From IMG/VR virus record IMGVR_UViG_3300017780_007785, positions 1-39,560 of that record: 39,560 nucleotides of DNA; one strand, written 5' to 3'. The notes beneath the pieces are model-generated. The model was given only the letters and a program-made list of their open reading frames with translations, was not told the DNA's origin and ran no database searches. Shown here piece after piece: positions 36,777 through 39,560 of this stretch. This DNA is from a virus. Taxonomy: Duplodnaviria; Caudoviricetes. Made by a program: the position numbers and the translations under genes. Within the stretch, counting starts at the first letter, position 1. Every line of letters begins with the position of its first letter.

Positions 36777-38908
36777 TACTTAATTTTAGATTTGATATAT
36801 TCCAATTGTTTATCAATATCTTCAATAAATATTTGTTGTTCTTTAATACCTTCCACTAATACGGCATTTAACTTGGAATAATCTATTGAATAGTATCCAT
36901 CATCGTTCATTCTAACCACCTCAGGGAAATACAATCTAACATTTTGGGCAATTAACCCTATAGTATGAAGTTTTTGTTGTTTCTTGAAGTAATCGAACAA
37001 ACTTGGATTTAAATTTTTATTCCAATCATATTCAACCGCATCTATTTTCATAATAGATTCCAAAACATTTTTAAGTGTTTCAATTCCATTTTTTAATCTA
37101 ACATCAGAGAAACCACACGAAAACCCAAATCCAGTCGCACTTCCACAGGTATAATTTAATGGTACACAAGAACTACCTCCATTATAATACGCAGTTTGAT
37201 TCCAATCACAAGTTGAAATTGCACAATTTCCATTAGAAATATACTTGTTAGCATACAGGGAGTTATACGTTGTTTGTTGGTAATAATAATAAGTACTACC
37301 ATTAGTGTAATTACAAGCGTCGATACAACTCGGGTAAAAATAACTATTAAAATAATAACACTCTACCCCTGGAGGTCCTGTTGCTCCTTGAGCTCCTTGG
37401 GCTCCTTGGGCTCCTGTTGCTCCACCACCTCCTGATGCTCCACCTGGTCCTGAACTGCCTGGAGCTCCTGTTGGGCCACCTGGTCCTGTATTTCCTTGAG
37501 CGCCTGTCGCTCCACCACCTCCTTGTGAACCTTGGGCTCCTGTATTACCTGTTGGTCCTACACCTCCTGTCGCTCCTTGAGCACCTACTGGTCCTAAGTT
37601 ACTCGCAGCACCTTGTGAACCTTGTCCACCTGCCGCGGCTGTAGAACCTGTCGGTCCTTTAGTTCCTGTGGCTCCTTGGGCTCCTGCATGTCCTATAACG
37701 CCTGATGGCCCTTGGGCTCCTGTTGAACCTACACCACCCTGAGACCCTTGGGCTCCTTGAGCTCCTGTTGAACCTGCTGGTCCTGTAGTTCCTATTGCTC
37801 CTTGAGCTCCCGCATGTCCTGTATTTCCTTGTGAACCTTGGGCTCCTGTTGAACCTACACCACCCTGAGACCCTTGAGCTCCTTGAGCTCCTGTTGAACC
37901 TGCTGGTCCTGTAGTTCCTGTGGCTCCTTGAGCTCCTGTGTTTCCTGTATTTCCTTGTGAACCTTGAGCTCCTGTTGGACCTGCTGTTCCTTGAGAACCT
38001 TGTCCTCCCTGAGCTCCTGTTGAACCTGCTGGTCCTGTAGTTCCTGTGGCTCCTTGAGCTCCTGTATTACCTGTATTACCTTGAGCACCTTGGGCTCCTG
38101 TTGGACCTGGTGTTCCTTGAGAACCTTGGGCTCCTTGAGCTCCTGTCGAACCTGCTGGTCCTGTAGTTCCTGTGGCTCCTTGAGCTCCTGTATTACCTGT
38201 CGGTCCTGTGGCACCTTGAGAACCTGTTGGCCCCACTGTTCCTTGTGAACCTTGAGCTCCTGTTGAACCTGCAGGACCTGCTGGTCCAATCGGTCCTGTT
38301 GAACCTTGAGCACCTGTGTGTCCTGTTCCTCCTGTAGCACCTTGAGTTCCTGTATTTCCTACAGCACCTTGAGCACCTGTGTGTCCTGTTCCTCCTGTAG
38401 CACCTTGTGAACCTGTGTTACCAATTGCTCCTTGAGCACCTGTGTGTCCTGTTCCTCCTGTAGCACCTTGTGAACCTGTGTTACCTTGTGCACCAGTTAA
38501 ACCTTGTGAACCTGTATTACCTTGAGCACCTGTATTACCTTGAGCCCCTGTTGTGACACTTGCAGCTCCTTGGGCTCCTGTATTTCCTGTTGGACCCGTA
38601 AATCCTGTATTTCCTTTATTACCTTGAGCTCCCTGAGCCCCCGCAATATTAGTTGTTGGCCCAATCCAATTGTTTGTACCATCAATAACCTGACTTCCAC
38701 CAACTGCCATGTAATTAATTACATTTATACTTGAACCAACAGAAATAATTGCATTCGATGGTTGTATAGATAAAACTCCTACCGAAGTTCCATCAAACGT
38801 GATTGTTGCCCCTGATAAAACTCTTAACTCAATAACCCCTGTGTTCTCAAAATCGATGAACGGGATGTCAGTTATTGGTATAGGGACTATTAATATGTTT
38901 TTAGCCAT
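36776..38908 (-). CDS. Collagen-like fibre protein with Cys/Tyr-rich tip and peptidase S74 chaperone
   Basis: G-X-Y run; ~85-aa Cys/Tyr domain; [15 protein letters not shown]. Confidence 0.92.
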   Translation of the reverse strand: MAKNILIVPIPITDIPFIDFENTGVIELRVLSGATITFDGTSVGVLSIQPSNAIISVGSSINVINYMAVGGSQVIDGTNNWIGPTTNIAGAQGAQGNKGNTGFTGPTGNTGAQGAASVTTGAQGNTGAQGNTGSQGLTGAQGNTGSQGATGGTGHTGAQGAIGNTGSQGATGGTGHTGAQGAVGNTGTQGATGGTGHTGAQGSTGPIGPAGPAGSTGAQGSQGTVGPTGSQGATGPTGNTGAQGATGTTGPAGSTGAQGAQGSQGTPGPTGAQGAQGNTGNTGAQGATGTTGPAGSTGAQGGQGSQGTAGPTGAQGSQGNTGNTGAQGATGTTGPAGSTGAQGAQGSQGGVGSTGAQGSQGNTGHAGAQGAIGTTGPAGSTGAQGAQGSQGGVGSTGAQGPSGVIGHAGAQGATGTKGPTGSTAAAGGQGSQGAASNLGPVGAQGATGGVGPTGNTGAQGSQGGGGATGAQGNTGPGGPTGAPGSSGPGGASGGGGATGAQGAQGAQGATGPPGVECYYFNSYFYPSCIDACNYTNGSTYYYYQQTTYNSLYANKYISNGNCAISTCDWNQTAYYNGGSSCVPLNYTCGSATGFGFSCGFSDVRLKNGIETLKNVLESIMKIDAVEYDWNKNLNPSLFDYFKKQQKLHTIGLIAQNVRLYFPEVVRMNDDGYYSIDYSKLNAVLVEGIKEQQIFIEDIDKQLEYIKSKIK

Positions 38909-39032
38909 GGATGTTTTTTTTCTCTTACTTTATAAATACAACTAAAGTTGTTATTTACCACAAACTTGTATTCGTTTTATTTTTAAAATTTACTATAATT
39001 CAATCAACAATAAACATTTATCAGTTTTATTA

Positions 39033-39560
39033 ATGAATTTAAAAAAAATAGGAAGTAAGTTATTCACAACAAACTTATTCGCAGATTTTATATTATCTAA
39101 AATTCCTAATAACGAAGAATCAATCATCAAAGTAATTGATTGTAAAAACTTTCTAATAATTAAAGGTAAGACCAGTTATAACGATGTATTAGACTTAGTA
39201 ACCTTAACCTCAGAATTTGAACAGAAGTATTCAAAATTAATTGGTGATATTAAAATCACACATACTATCGACCTTATTGAATACGCGTGTACTATCCCGC
39301 ATCAAGAAGAATTAACTTATACATATCATTTTAGTGACAACTGCTCTTATACCCAAAAACAAATAGATTTATTTAAGTCAGAAGAGGAATCTTATGGGTT
39401 TGATTTTGTACCTAAAAAAATAGAAGATACTGACTTGGTTTCAGTATCTGAGTTCCCCCATGGTTATTCGTTGAATCAAGGAAGATTGTTGTATTACTAC
39501 GGTAAACACTTATTCTATAGTGTACCGTCAACGTATCCATATTATCCCCTCACATTTAAA
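39033..39560 (+). CDS. Hypothetical protein, runs off window (weak MetK N-terminal resemblance)
   Basis: Hand-read open frame MNLKKIGSKLFTTNLFADFILSKI...; not in ORF track because it has no stop in the window. Confidence 0.7.
   Translation, partial: MNLKKIGSKLFTTNLFADFILSKIPNNEESIIKVIDCKNFLIIKGKTSYNDVLDLVTLTSEFEQKYSKLIGDIKITHTIDLIEYACTIPHQEELTYTYHFSDNCSYTQKQIDLFKSEEESYGFDFVPKKIEDTDLVSVSEFPHGYSLNQGRLLYYYGKHLFYSVPSTYPYYPLTFK

Noticed and set aside
37110-37370. Tyr/Asn-rich fibre tip as a DGR variable region
   Set aside because: No template repeat or reverse transcriptase in the window
33370-38640. Dense nucleotide repeats as a CRISPR array
   Set aside because: They are in-frame G-X-Y coding repeats with no repeat-spacer alternation and no cas genes
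33301-38734. Many long alternative-frame and antisense ORFs (e.g. 35456-36469, KVLKE repeats)
   Set aside because: Shadows of the periodic GGN-GCN-CAA collagen codons, which lack stops in other frames; no independent start signals
1-39560. Stop-codon reassignment
   Set aside because: Conserved genes are intact under code 11, and TAG ends genes such as glf at the expected C-terminus

Overview
AT-rich, gene-dense segment (standard genetic code) of what looks like a large tailed phage of a Bacteroidota host. Evidence for this: many TTTG-N19/20-TAnnTTTG promoters, no Shine-Dalgarno motifs seen, three collagen/peptidase-S74 fibre genes, and many short orphan genes. Recognisable cargo: an iscU-ferredoxin-iscA Fe-S cassette, UDP-galactopyranose mutase with glycosyltransferases, two sulfotransferase-like genes, APS kinase with an HxGH nucleotidyltransferase, a SpeD-like decarboxylase, an N4/N6 DNA methyltransferase, SPFH, DUF192, DHH-like and peptidoglycan-binding proteins, and a lipoprotein with GH7-like motifs. 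The most striking region is a ~1.7 kb locus with no credible ORFs (20690-22390, minus strand). It holds a ~820-nt highly structured GOLLD-like RNA, an initiator tRNA-Met and several small structured elements, with four tandem host-type promoters and rrn-like hairpin+boxA leaders. A second motif, TATTTAT(A/T), sits before a distinct gene class whose proteins often start with a shared I/L-x-E peptide resembling capsid-targeting or prohead-protease signals. All family calls come from reading motifs by eye; no searches were run.
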